DNA of 58,039 nt, counting the filler, from Sphacelaria rigidula (taxonomy: Eukaryota): NCBI GenBank assembly GCA_964200075.2. It is 7 parts of 7 records of this genome, joined end to end, with 100 filler letters (N's around TTAATTAATTAA, not from the genome) between each part and the next. Parts side by side here need not be neighbours in the genome. Positions count along the whole stretch, not along the records: positions 24,920 to 33,125 come from CAXNAA020011921.1; positions 33,226 to 41,430 come from CAXNAA020011922.1; 5 more parts are not named here. One strand, written 5' to 3'. Below the pieces are notes generated by a model. That model had not been told where the DNA came from. It saw only the letters and a program-made list of their open reading frames with translations, and did not search any database. Positions 24,920 through 37,367 of the stretch are shown here, one piece after another; within the stretch, counting starts at the first letter, position 1; each line of letters starts with the position of its first letter. Both the position numbers and the translations under genes were made by a program.

Positions 24920-27029
24920 CCATTTGGAACCTAATACAAGCGCAACGCAAGTGTGGAAGGATGTCTGAACACTCATGAGCCTCTTTTTTCGTGCAACAAA
25001 ATACCCCCCCCTATCGTAGGATGACTGAAGTACCGTAGAGCTACGTGCTTGACTCTCGAGCTGTAAGTTCGGTCGCCTGCGACGTGGAGAGTTCAAGTGT
25101 TGTCGATGTAGACGGGAACGGAGTCGAAGCGTGTGCCTAATCCCATCTCCCGCATCATGTTCAAGCAAAGTATGGCCTCCTTCATGGTGAATGCAGCGGT
25201 CACGAGTGCTGCTTCCATGGCCAATTGCGCCGTTTATTCTTGTAGTCCTGTCATGGTATCGATACTCACCACCCAGGTGGGAAGGTGCCAGTTCAGTGGG
25301 CACCAGGGCTAGCAGGCCCAAACACAATCATTAGTATCGAAGCCGTTGAGTTCGACGTTACCAAGTGCAAAGTCAGCCACCGCACCAGTGGTCAGGTGCA
25401 TGCCATGAGCCACGCAGGCTGCAAGACAACATGTGTTGCATGAAGGTCAGGCTCATATTTGTGAAGACCAGAGAATCCTCTGAGATAGCAGTCTAAGATG
25501 GCGTAGATGCTCTTGTATTATTGGCGTACAGGCTAACTTGTGCTTTGCTAGTTGAGATGCATAGTCCGAAACGCTGTGACCCGAAGGGGGCGGCCAAGTC
25601 AATTCAATCAAGCAATGTAGTATGACCCATCAGGTACCAAGCATGACAAAGTATGACAAATGGAACCCAGTCGACTGGAACATGACCAATAAATCTGTAA
25701 CATCCTCCTAGTCATATTTCTATGGCTACACACAAATTTATTCGAGGGCTGGAAGGGCCAGAACAAAAACAAAGCCTGTGCATCATACGCCTGAAAGTAA
25801 AACGAGAAAAGCCTGCTGAATTACAGTACAGGGGAAAACTCGTTGCAGATCTAATTAATAGGTGAACCTTATAAGCAGGGGAAAACTCCATCCGTTAGGA
25901 AAGGAAAAAATCTATAACGCCCTTTCCAACGACAGAAACAGCAGACAAGTGCGGTCGCTGTCGTTTTCCCGGGATCTCAGTTAGACCAGAGAACGATAGG
26001 CTAGATAGCGTGATCGCGTGTCGACACCCTGGATCAGTTAGACTGGATTCGAGGGTAGTGCGGGGCTTAAACCTCGCTAAAAGCAACTCTTCCGCGAACT
26101 GATCAATAGTTACAGGAGTGCAGCTTTTGAGGGGTGCTCTTTTGTAACTACCGATACCTATTCTACTGGAAATAGAGCCTACGCGCCTTGGCTCACACAT
26201 GTGCCCGTATATTACCAAATGGGAAGCAATCGATAACAAAGCAGCACAAGAAAAAGACAAGGAACACTCGAAATTCATGACTGAAGCGTACGGTAGCAGC
26301 AATATATAGTTACATATTCCCTTATTTCCCTACCGTATTATCTGTGACAGTCCTATCTTTAAACTGATGAGGCCATTCGAGCGATAGAGAAGATATGATG
26401 ATGTTGATTTCCTGTTGCCCGGGTTGTTGCCCCAGCCTGCCTTTGAGAAAGCCGTAAATTGTAAACCGCCCTGGTTGTGGGTGATGACATGGTCCGTAAT
26501 ACCGGCCAAATATCAAAGTATGTGTTTTGCAGCTCCCACTTGCCCCGTCGACGATTTGGACGTCGCCCGCGTCAGTTGATTCACGCCGTATCCAATTTCG
26601 TCGCGGGTCACTTGAGCGAGATGCATCACACTACCTGTAATGGCCTGGAAGCGCTGTTTGTCCTCCTCGTTTATTATCTTGTCCCACCCCAGGAGTGCAC
26701 GCCGGGTTGCAGTTCGCCATCCCGTATCGTTCCTGGAGAGACTTGGTGTATTTCGTTTGGCTGGTGTTGACTGTCTTGCTATTACGGTCACGAACAACCT
26801 CCATTCCCAGCACTAACGATACATATATCCCATGCCCGTCAGAAAAAAACGTCCCATTAGTTCCTGCTTGATTTTTTCCAGCACCTTGGAGTCAGTCTGC
26901 CACCGCTCCAGGTTGTACCCCCCAGCTATCACCGACGTCATGCGAATACCCTGAATCCTGCAGATCGGAATAAGTGCAGTAACCGAAGCCGGGGAATTGT
27001 TTCCAGTTCAGCACGCCGACTCGATCCTT

Positions 27030-27035
27030 GTAGCA

Positions 27036-27066
<31 letters not shown>

Positions 27067-27100
27067 TATTCGTTGTTGTTGTTGTTGTTGTTGTTGTCGT
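27030..27100 (+). repeat. (CAG)n then (TTG)n microsatellite inside the copia IN-RT linker
   Basis: Directly visible trinucleotide runs. Confidence 0.9.
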
Positions 27101-28013
27101 TGCCTGTAGTTGCGGGCTGCCATGCGTGCACATATTACCATGAAGCGAGTATCGATGGCAATGGAGTAGCGATGATTCTGCGAGCTGTGTCACCATGTGT
27201 TCGCCAAATCCGCCCTGTGGGTGTGTCACGAGTTGCTCCGGCAGTGCACCACCCTGCGGAAGACCATCGTGCGGAAGCGTCCCTCCACGGGTCGGGGCAC
27301 CGTCGTGCATATCTCACTTGATGATGGCGCTGATTTTCTCCCCGGCAGCTCGCCCCCTTGTGAATTTCTAGAGCCCCCGCTGGCAGTGGCATGGTCGTCA
27401 AAGACATGAGCCGGATGGGTTAATACAGAAGTATGATTTGGAAGGTCGAGTATGATGGCGTCGTTGGGGGCGTGGTTGTGACCCTTACTGTCGCCAGGCT
27501 CCTCGTCGCTGGGTAGTGAAGGGTGTATAATGTAGACGCGATAGCACTTGCTATTATTGCCATACCTAACCAATCGTCCTCCGACTACCTCGGGAGATAG
27601 CTTCTGAGTGCCCCCATTGGTGTGGACGAACGCCTTGGCCCGAATGACTCGAGGATGTCTTCGATCTGGTTTTTTCCCCTTCAGCATCTTATGTGGACAT
27701 TACATTCTTAGCGCGGAGTGCGGTGCTCTGTTTGCAAGGTAGGATGTCCTGAGCATTGATTCCCCCCAGGGGAGGGTCAGTAAACCGCTGTCGGCAAGCA
27801 TGCACCAGACCATGGCTGCAACCGTCCTCCATACGCGTGCTGACAGGCTGATTTGTTGTGGTGTATTGGTGCTTGAAAACTCTAGCAATATGCCTGTCTA
27901 CCGGCAGTACGTTCTAAACGTTTTGCCAGTAAACTCACCCGCTTTGTCTGCCCTAAGTCGTTCGACCCGAACGCCGCCGGTCCCACCCATGGTCACGACC
28001 CGTTGGAGGGTGC

Positions 28014-28103
28014 TGTGACGGTTTGAGAGACAACCAACTAGACTAACGACTAGTCAGCGCTGACTGGTCAGCAGTCTAGTTGGTTATCTCTTGAACCGTC
28101 ACA
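28014..28103. mobile_element. 90-bp near-perfect hairpin with TGT...ACA termini, inside the copia integrase region
   Basis: tgtgacggtttgagagacaaccaactagact...gtcagc|gctgac...agtctagttggttatctcttgaaccgtcaca. Confidence 0.75.
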
Positions 28104-28263
28104 AAAGTTAGTCGCTGGTTCGATTCCCGTCGGACGCATTTTCTTTGTTGTTGGCTGTCTTCGGATGGGCTAGTTGATGTCTTTTCCCAACAACACAAAT
28201 ATCACAGTCCGGAACAGATTCACCGAAGTCCACTCCGTTACTTTCGACGGTTTCAAGAAGGTT

Positions 28264-28953
28264 CTAACTATTAATATTCGAGTGCCCAATCCGCCGATGC
28301 CACAGCGTGGCGGCGTCTGCAGCTTGCACAGTCAGTCCAGGCGCGTCGTTGCCACTGATTACTTCTAGAGAAAATGAGTACAGATCACTCTGCAGCTCCT
28401 GGAGCGGAACGGTGAAGTTGGTTGTTCCCAGTCTAGGGTTGTTCATCTCGAAAAGATATACCGCTCCATTTCGTGTCGCCTGCTTGACGGAGAACAGATT
28501 CCGTCCCAAGCCAGACGCAACCAAACACGAAATCTGGACCAAGCGTTTGACCCCTTCGTCATCTCTGATGTATCCGCGGAGCAGCCCCTTACCAACCCCT
28601 GCCAGTTGGTGCCCCCCTGCGGTGATGATCTTACGCGGGATCGCCAGTTCCTGGTACTTGTAGACTCGCAGCCCCGGGATGAGGGCATCATCAAAGTAAT
28701 GTCCCGACGCACCGCTGTCTACCATGACACTGACAGAGCTGACAGAGCTGTTGCTGCCCTCCCTCCACTTGTCGAGAGCGGATCCCGCCGCGAGAGCCGA
28801 CCCATCATCAGTGTCGGTGATACCGCTAAATGTTTCAGCATTGTCGTAGGGATTCGACGTGGCTCGGTGGTAAAATGGGTTCCCAAACGTCAACCAGACG
28901 TAGCAAACCACGGCTATTATGGCCAACGCGCGGGCTATTGGGGAACGTGCCAC
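28264..28953 (-). pseudogene. copia pol fragment: aspartic protease and GAG-pre-integrase region
   Basis: DSGAS motif, NLFSV and LWHRRIGH; flanked by stops and frameshifts. Confidence 0.85.
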
Positions 28954-29158
28954 CCCCGCAATATGTTGTGAGTCCTACGCCGGAACTCCAGACCCCCGGC
29001 CTCCTTGGCCCCGTCCATCCCTTCGAAGGCACCGAAGAGTCCGCTGCTGTCGAATGAAACGGGTTTGTTCGTTGGAGCGGACGGCCAAAGGTTTTCCGTT
29101 TCTCGAGGATTTTGTGTTCTGGGCGCTTCTAAGGCATTGAAGGAGATGGCTGGGGTCT

Positions 29159-29602
29159 AACACGGGATCTTACAAATTGGGGATGGATCTTTTATTGGGG
29201 ATGAGAAACCGGGAGAATTAAAATCTTCGTATCCACACCAAATCTTCAAACTATGGTTCCATTTCTTCACCTACTGATAGCTATGGACAACTGCTACACG
29301 CCGTAGAAATTTGGATGTCGATTTCCGAAATTTTGGGGTCTTAGTCGAAAAACAAATTTCGGAACCATTCTGGCGTCCGTTCGGACACCCGGAATTCCCA
29401 AAAACTGGTTTTTCACCTGGGACCGCACCATTCCGGTGATCGAAATCTGAATTTCTATGGCGTGTAGCAGTTGTCAATAGCTATCAGTAGGGAAAGAAAT
29501 GGAACCATATTTCGAAGATGTGGTGTGGATACGAAGATTTTAATTGTCCGGGTTTCTCATCCCCAATAAATGATCCATCCCCAATTTGTAAGATTCCGTG
29601 TT
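29159..29602. mobile_element. 444-bp non-autonomous foldback/MITE with ~160-bp terminal inverted repeats and a 4-bp target duplication (GTCT)
   Basis: aacacgggatcttacaaattggggatggatc...gtagaaattt mirrors gaatttctatggcgtgtagc...gatccatccccaatttgtaagattccgtgtt. GTCT is at 29155-29158 and 29603-29606. Confidence 0.9.
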
Positions 29603-29606
29603 GTCT

Positions 29607-30381
29607 GCTCCCTTGCGCCGGTGACTGGTGGGTAACCCGACCACTGCGCGAGATTTTCTTCATGCTGGTTGTTTGCTGCCTGCTGGTTGCGCCGTTGCAA
29701 AAAACGGCACTCTTCGTCGCTGTGGGTTAACATGTGGAAGGAGCACCACTTGCCCTCTGTCTCCTTTTCCTTGTCTCCCCCTGTCAGTGCTTGGGCCACG
29801 TTTCGAGCGGGGCCTTTTCTTTTAATGTGGCCTCGCTTTCCGCAGCGGAAGCATGTTCTGTGGTTTTTTCTGCCATCACCATTTCCACTGGCCAGCATGG
29901 CGACCCCGCGGCCTGTGACCAAGTTGATAGCATCTGGGCGAGATAGGTAGTCGGTATACATGGTGCTGGCCATGTATCGGAGATCCGCCAAATTAAAATC
30001 ACGCCTCTCGCAGCTAGCAGTACGAACCCTGTCGTACCCGGCAGGCAGGGCTTGAAGGATAATGTACTCGTACCGCTCGTCGGGTATACATCGTCTCATT
30101 TCATCCAGGCGGTCACGGTAGCCGTCCATGACAAACAGGAAGTATTCTGAATCATCTCCGGACTGTGTCGTTGTAGTATGAAGTTTGTCATGGAACTCTT
30201 TTCGTGTCTCTTTGCTGTTGCCGTCATCTTTGTTGTGCAGCGCTGCCCACGCTGCTTGTCCGTTCCCGACCCCATCCTGTTGAGTTTTCCCCATATGGCG
30301 TCTGGCGGTATAGTTTGCTGATTTTTCCGTGCTAACAAACAGAATACTAAACAGATTATTGTTTGCACGATCCCACGCCAC
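29607..30381 (-). pseudogene. copia gag fragment with zinc knuckle, interrupted at 29602 by a foldback insertion
   Basis: ORF 29557-30381 contains NLFSILF...AAWAAL...IILQALPAGYD...CFRCGKRGH. Confidence 0.85.
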
Positions 30382-32499
30382 TGAAGTTGTCGTATCGCAG
30401 GATGGTTGGTCATCATTGATTACGGTGGATCTGTGTCTTCGTCACCCCTGCAGGACTTCTGTGCGGCCGCATTGTGGTGGAGGGATGGGATCATCCGGAG
30501 TTTGTCTTTTTATTCCCGGAAGCCCACTTTGTCCGTGCCATCGAAGTTTTCACAGAGTTTTAATACCCCTCGAATACCCTCATTGTCGGCCATGTGAATC
30601 CTGTTGGTCGCTCTGCTCCAACTTCACGAGTGAGGATAAAGGGTGTTCAAGGGTGGCCGAGTATATTTTCCCCACCACACGATCGGCTTTGCTCACCGCC
30701 GCTTGCCTCGTCGGTAGCTCAAAAATATGAAGTATGTAAAGATATAGCACCCGGAATAGTCCCCCACCGCGGCAGCATCCACCGGATACGCCGCTGAACT
30801 TCTCCGATCGACAGCGTCAGACAGAGTGTCGATATACAGGATGTTGCAGAGAGTCCGTGGCTGTGCACTTCGATGGTAGACGCGTTCAACTTTCCCCCGA
30901 ACAGGATCCGACGATTGTGCCGCTGTTATAAAATTACGTATGTTACCAGGTGCGCACAAGAAAGAGTGCCATCCTCACTTCGTGACACACTGTTGCAGTG
31001 CCAGACGCGCACAGGTGTAGCGCCGTCTTTCCTTTGATTCAACTCACGTTGCTTTACAGTAAGTATCCTATTTTTTTGCTGCTGCCCTCCTTTCTTCCAA
31101 AGTCCGATCCATAGCCGTCAACGCCGAGGCTTGTAACCTGTTAGGAAAGGTGTCGTTGGGACCCCTTTGACGTGATCGCTAGAGTTGGCGATGCACTTGA
31201 GCCAAGGAAGCAGACAAACTGCTTTGGAGTGTGGACAGCAGATAGTGTTCAAGGTGCCGCTTGCGGGCAAGACAATCCAAACAACCCACCGTGTTGAACG
31301 GTCAACCGAGAAGAGTGAGGGCAACCTGACTACTGCTACGGTCCATTTCAGACCAAACAATCGTAAGCAGTACCGGTGATACACACGATGCCTCCACACA
31401 AATACAGTATCATACGAGGCGTTGACGAGAGTAAGCCTCACAGCCCCCTTTTCCAACAACATGCAGCCGCAGATTCTCCGTGAGGAGAGGAGGATGCGAA
31501 CAAGCGAAGGCTGGCAGCACGCGGGGATAAGAGCCCAAAATGATTCACGTCCGAACCTACGAGCACGCATGCAGGTGAATTGCAAGCCATGATGTACTTT
31601 GAGTTTTGTGGTCTCGGATTACCGTTTTTTCGCTATTCTTTATCATAGTTGTCGTGCTATGAAACGACAAACCTGGCATATATCCGCAATTTCACTTCGA
31701 GGTGGAGTGACCACAAGTACTGCACTGCACTGTCTGTACCTGTACTGTTGTCACATGCAGACCCAAATCCTACTGTCATTTTGTTCGTAATCATGTGAGC
31801 ATCTTTGGTATAAAATCACCATATTTAAAATGGTATAAACATGGCCCGTAACTGAAAAGTTCAAATAACCTGGATAAACTGGAGTCCTCATCACCTGTTC
31901 CACCTAAAATCCAGTTCCACTTTAACTGCCAGTACAAACTGGCCCAGTTCACAGCCCTAACCAATGCGGATTGGTTGTCGTACAAAGCGGTCTTACATAG
32001 TGCAACAGATGAAGCTGCCGGATTACAGCGAAGCAGGAATCGGATTCAGTGTAGTCGAGAAAATGAGTGGTACCATATAAGAAGGGGTACAAGAAAGGCA
32101 GTTGCATGAGGATGTACTGTAGTAAAACAACAGTACAGTACGGCATTTATTCAGCTATATTGTCAAGCAGCGCAGTAGGCGATTTCGTTTCCCATCCCTC
32201 TCACCCAGCGGGAAAGTAGTATCGTGGTAGTCATGTAGGATAGCAGAACGCGTTTCTTGCAGTTATACGCGTATAAGTGTAAGGCGTTTCATGGGCGTGC
32301 GGTGCACAAGGGGCACCAGAATGTAGATATGCTACTCGAGAGGGAGGCGATATACCGTCTCTATCTTTATTTTGGGATTAGTAGCATTTCGCACCGTTTC
32401 CTTGCATATGCTTGCCGAGGAACATTCAAGTGAATCATCCCAGATTCGCAAAAGGAGCAAAGTCGTGGGTAAACAACACACGCGGCCATTTGGCTATCC

Positions 32500-33125
32500 C
32501 CGGAATTCCTCCAGATGGGTAAACGTTTTGAGCCTCCAGAAGAATTAAACGCCTCCGGAGGGGTGCGCGGCCGTCCAGAGGAGATTGTTTTGTTTCCTCC
32601 AGAGAGATTAAACGCCTCTGGAGGCTTGTTTTTGCCTCTGGAGGGCCGCGCATATCCCCAGATTTCTCCGGAGGGGTGCGCGAACCTCCGGGTCGGCAGT
32701 GTTTGGTTTCCTCCAGAGGGATTGAAGGCCTCCGGAGGCTTGTTTTGCCTCTGGAAGGCCGCGCATCCCTCCAGAGGCATTTTGGGGGGTAGCCAAACGG
32801 TCGCGTGTGAAAATTGGACTTATTGGTCGACACGAGGGAAAGGGATCGCTGAGTCCCTCTCTCAATAAAGAAAGGCAAGCACCGCAGAAGGCAAGTGGAG
32901 AACTAAAACAAACAAAAAAGAAAATAGTCTTGTGTTGGCCCGTCTCGTGTGTGACCCCGGCTGGTGCGCCCATTTATAAACACCGAAAGATGTAGACCGG
33001 CGTCCATAATAAATACGATGACGCCACACACACACACACAGACACACACACACACACACTGTTACAGCCGATTTTAGTTTTTGGGGTTCATACAAAATAT
33101 GGGGTTGAAGTGGCATATCTGTCTT
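32500..33125 (+). repeat. composite repeat: CCTCC(A/G)GAGG motif array, family B module, (CA)n, and an end shared with 57983-58039
   Basis: Multiple cctccagag/cctccggagg motifs at 32508-32780. The module at 32870-33012 matches 17255-17390. The contig ends in ttttggggttca.acaaaatatgggg.tgaagtggcatatct, as does contig 7. Confidence 0.75.
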
Positions 33126-33225
33126 NNNNNNNNNNNNNNNNNNNNNNNNNNNNNNNNNNNNNNNNNNNNTTAATTAATTAANNNNNNNNNNNNNNNNNNN
33201 NNNNNNNNNNNNNNNNNNNNNNNNN
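33126..33225. other. artificial contig linker
   Basis: N44-TTAATTAATTAA-N44. Confidence 0.98.
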
Positions 33226-33754
33226 GACGTTTTTTGTCCCCAAAATTGTGCTTTCGCACATACAGTTTGGGGGGACGGAAGGCTAGAAATCCATCGAAAT
33301 AGTTACAAGGAGGTTGGGAGGGATGGGATGGTCCATACGAAAGTCATTTGTCATGAATTTTGGTCAGCGAAAGCACGGCTTTTGAGTTGAACCTCATTTT
33401 TTTTCCAACCCCATTTTCGAAAATCGGCTTTTAACTGTTCCTCCGTGACCCTCAAAAAGTGACTGAAATAATAAAAAGGAGGCTGACCATTTGACTGTTC
33501 CTCCGCGACCCTAAAAGAGCGGCTGAAGTAATAAACGCCTCTTTGGCCAATTCGATGTTTGCAATAAACGATGATTTGCTTCTTTCTGAACAAACCTCCC
33601 CCTTATTGCTTTTCAATCGAATTGCCTTTATCATTAATATTTTCGGGCCCGAACGCAAGAGAGAGAGAGAGACGACTGTTTGCAGGGCACAATTTCTAAA
33701 CCCTTCTGCCATAGACTATCGTGTCTCTGCTCATGAAAACTGTCTCTTTCTCCC

Positions 33755-35041
33755 TTAAAACAACCAGGGGGACACATAAACGCTCCTAATGTACGTGAAA
33801 ATCTCAAACAACCAAGTCCCCAACTGGTACGCTACCATTCCTTCACCCATATCGAGGTCGTGGAGTTTTTCACTGCATCGGAATTCTCCGCCTCTTCTTG
33901 TAACTTCCCCATACAGTTCCTTCCCCTGGTTGTCTACCAACTCCCCTTTTCTATCTCCAAGAATGCGCGATACTCGTCGCGAATCTTCTATGTTGTTTAC
34001 AGTGTACGCCTTGTATGCATATGATTTCCACCTTCCTAACCTCTGCGCTACTCGATCTGATATTTCTCCCCCTGCTACCATAGTGGATGTCCCTCCGATC
34101 CTCAACGAGTGTAAAGCAAAGTATTTGAGGTCGCGATCCGACTTTTCGACTACCTCTCTCAAGGCTCGAAGGGCCTCGTTGTACTTCCATACTTTGACTC
34201 CCCGCCCATAGCGGTAAGAAGATAGTGGAGCGTCTGCGGGCAATGTCGTGTAGCATGACAACATCTCCAACATCAAAGCAACTGCACCGCCGTCTGCTCT
34301 GTACCCCGCATGCAGACCACGAACTTCTTCTCGCATACGGACCCTTACTTCACCCCTGTGCTCCTGATCCCCTTTGTGGCCCCGGAAATGTATCTCTATC
34401 CTGTCAGCCTGGCGCCACTGCAAACACTCCGGCTGGATATCTCCTGAAAGAAATGCCACGTCCCTACGTGTAAGACAATGCACTGCATGTACCACCCCCG
34501 ACGTACTCGCAAACATCTCGTCCGACCGTGAGAGCAGAAAGTAGCTCAAGCTCAAGCAAAGTCAAAGCACCTTTCCCCCAACGCCCCACGATGGGATCAA
34601 CCATTCTCCGTCCAACAACATCTGCCATGTGACCGGAAGGCGAGTTCGTCGGCACGTGCCTGTGTCAGCATGCGATCTCGCAATCCCTTTTAACGCACAC
34701 TTCAACACCGGAGACGTGGTGACGACTTCTACTTGTACCTCCATCCTATGAAAATACTGCCCCGCCACAAACTTGCCCGATATCGTACTAGCTACGTTCC
34801 CTTGGGAATCGAAACACCATGCTGCAAAATCGACCAAATCCCAAGTAATCTCTTCGACCGATGCGTCGGCGCCGAAAAGCTCATCCCGGCCTATCAACCC
34901 GCGAAAGAGACACCAAGACCGGAAACCCGCCTCGTAATTTCGTTTAGACGAAGCCGCAATCGACTTTCCGACGAGCTCGATGCCAAGACCGCGAAAGTAA
35001 GGTCCAGAGCTTCTTGCCCGAGCCGCTGCTCCTGCCAACAA
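33755..35041 (-). pseudogene. tyrosine recombinase of the YR retroelement, split by a stop between ORFs 34562-35041 and 33755-34555
   Basis: N-terminal SSKRNY...W..F...LVDFAAW...STISG...RLPVT. Catalytic R (LLSRSDE), K (HKGDQ), HSLR, GRW and Y (AYKAY). Confidence 0.9.
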
Positions 35042-37367
35042 ATGTCGGGCCGAAAAGAGTGCAAGTTACGAGCAATGTCAGCACGGTCCCACCTCGAGAT
35101 ACCATCGGCAAGAGTATTTGCCACCCCTTTGATGTGTTTCGCACGGAACCGCCACCCGTTTTGCATTTCCAACACGCCCATCATTCGCATGAACGCCCCC
35201 GACCGTGGCTCTTTCGCCCCCCTACATTTGTTTACCCAGTGAACAGCGCTCATGTTGTTCCCTCGCATCAAGATATTCTGCCCGGGGTACTCCGGTCGTT
35301 CCCCAGCATGCACCGTCAACGCCCACGCCGTCACTACCATAGCCAGCAGCTCGAAAACGTTCATCGACAAATCGTCTCTAGAAAGCACACGGGTACAGAG
35401 GCGTGCACGTACATCCGGAGTGAGATCTATCCTCCACCATTTCCCGGTTTCCAAACAGTATCCTCACATGGCATCCCCGCTGGCATCGCTGATGACTTTC
35501 AAGCTTGGGAGCTGCAGAAAACAGCACGACAGAGGTGCTTCTAACCAAGTCACACCGTCTACCCCTGTAGCCATACCCAAAATCAACCTCCAAAAAGCCA
35601 GGTCATCATGGAATTCCGGACCCAGCCAAACGCATCCCCGGCGCTGTGCGCGCCTTGCTACGAATCCTTTGTCGGCCGCTTCGCCCGCCGTGAATGGCGC
35701 TAGACCTAGTTGATTTAGAATACGCCGCACGAAACACTTTCCCGGTCTCACGACCTCACACAAGTGCAGAAGCTTTCCCACCAACGATCGCACTTCCTTA
35801 ACCGACGCTTCCTTCCTGTCTACTGGCCATTGGTCTAAAATGCCCTGCAGATTCTCAATCTTGCGCTGTGGGACGGAAATGGTCATCGCTACTGTGTCAA
35901 TCGTCCATCCCACCATTTCCATGCGGGTGTCCCACGACTTCGTTTTTTCGCGCGCAAACAACGGAGGCATTCCAGGTTCCCGACGACTACCACCCAAACG
36001 AAAACTTTCAGAAGCAAAGGACCGGGTAGCGCGAAGACATCGTCTGCCTGCCAAGAAACCCTCCGCTTCCACCAACAGCGCGTCATCCACAAACGTCTCT
36101 ACCCAAAACTTGTCGCGCAGCCTCCCGCTCACACTCGGGGAAAAAACATAATCTCGTGGGAACTCGGCGCGCAGCTCGTCGGTTCGAGATGGATCTACGC
36201 GTACATGTCTAGCGGCTGCACGCCCTTCCTCTGTGACTTCTGCGTTTTGGAAAGTCGTGTTGTTGTGCGCGTGCTGGATAGCTGCCGCTTCCACCCCCCA
36301 CAACGCGGGCGAGCTTGTCCATCCAAACTGAAGCCACCTGTCTATTATTACAAATTCCTCGAACATGTACCCAAACGTGGGCGCCTTATCCACGTCGACT
36401 TGAATTTGACGGAACGCACTCTTGGTATCCGTTTTGGCCAGCAGAATTCGGGAGGGGATTCGACATTGGCAACAACGTTTCCGTGAAGGTACAAACTTCG
36501 CCACGCCACATTGCGGAACACATGTCCTATTTTACACTACGGTACCGCCGATGTATCAGTATGTTCGCTTACACTGTTTCCAGACACAGCGTTAGACAAA
36601 TCATGGCAAATGCGAACCTTTGACGGGGAGACAGCGACCGTCATAGGTGATACGCGAGGACCTGGAATAGCAGCAGCTGCGTGACGTTGAAAAACAAATG
36701 CTCTCCCAAGTAACACATCCTCCACAATTTTTGCCAAAATTTCCGAAGAATATGGTCTGACAGAACTATGGTTTCCATATTGGAGCGCCGCAACCAAATC
36801 TCCCCGCCCACATACCGCAACCGGTGCCCCGATACTGACAATATTCACCAACAGATCTATGTCGGGAAACTCTTTCACTTCGCCAAACCAACGCCGAATC
36901 TGAGATACATCAACGCGGGGAACGGGCAAAACAGTCAGAGTTTCAATCATACTGCTAAACGAACCACTTTTGTCTTCCAAAAAACGTTGGCTTTTTGCTG
37001 CTACATTATGGAGTGCTGTACAGGTTGATTGAGGATCGGCTGAGCGCGCTAACCGTTTTAGCGCTACCGCACATTCTTCCACATCCCCAGCCACACCTTG
37101 TTGCTCGCTCAATGCCGACCTCGGTCTTCCCGCCTGCTCATCTTCCACGGAAAACCGCGTGCTGGTCCGAGGTTGACCCCGCCTCGAGGCGAGGCCCGCA
37201 CCCCTAGTTTCGCCCCCTACCACCGCCGCCGCCCCCGCCCCCACCGCCATTACTGCGTCCCCCAGTACCGCCCCCGGCGCTCTGGTTGCTGGGGCGGTTG
37301 TTGGTTCCCCCGGTCTCCAAGCCGCTGCCACCGGCGCGACCAGTGCCACTGGCGCGACCAGTGCCAA
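34894..37367 (-). pseudogene. reverse transcriptase / RNase H of the YR retroelement (ORF pieces 36537-37367, 35464-36504, 34894-35454)
   Basis: RT motifs KVRICHDLS, LAKTDTKSAFRQI, LQFGWTSSP and FVDDALL. RNase H motifs ISDAS, MNVFELLA and HIKGVANTLADGISR. Confidence 0.9.

Larger units (their letters stand above)
26350..30600 (-). mobile_element. decayed Ty1/copia LTR retrotransposon (gag-PR-IN-RT-RNase H order) with nested insertions and internal deletions
   Basis: gag at 29607-30600 (AAWAAL..., knuckle CFRCGKRGH). Protease VMVDSGASGH...RNLFSV and LWHRRIGH (28264-28953). CDICVVGK at about 28180-28210. Integrase LRADKAGEF...TPQQ...YLANRAP (27700-27960) and SH3-like KAFVH...KCYRVY. RT C-terminal part LGMEVVRDR...GSVMHLAQVTR (26513-26880). 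RNase H start ADWGNNP..RKSTSSY (about 26380-26450). Confidence 0.92.

Noticed and set aside
25860..26350. 3' LTR and polypurine tract of the copia element
   Set aside because: There is a purine run and TG starts on the minus strand, but RNase H is truncated just before it and I found no matching second LTR upstream of gag, so it cannot be assigned.
33755..37367. Prophage integrase, retron or diversity-generating retroelement (RT plus recombinase)
   Set aside because: The gag-RT-RNase H-YR order and the motifs are those of eukaryotic DIRS-order retrotransposons. No phage genes or TR/VR pair are seen.
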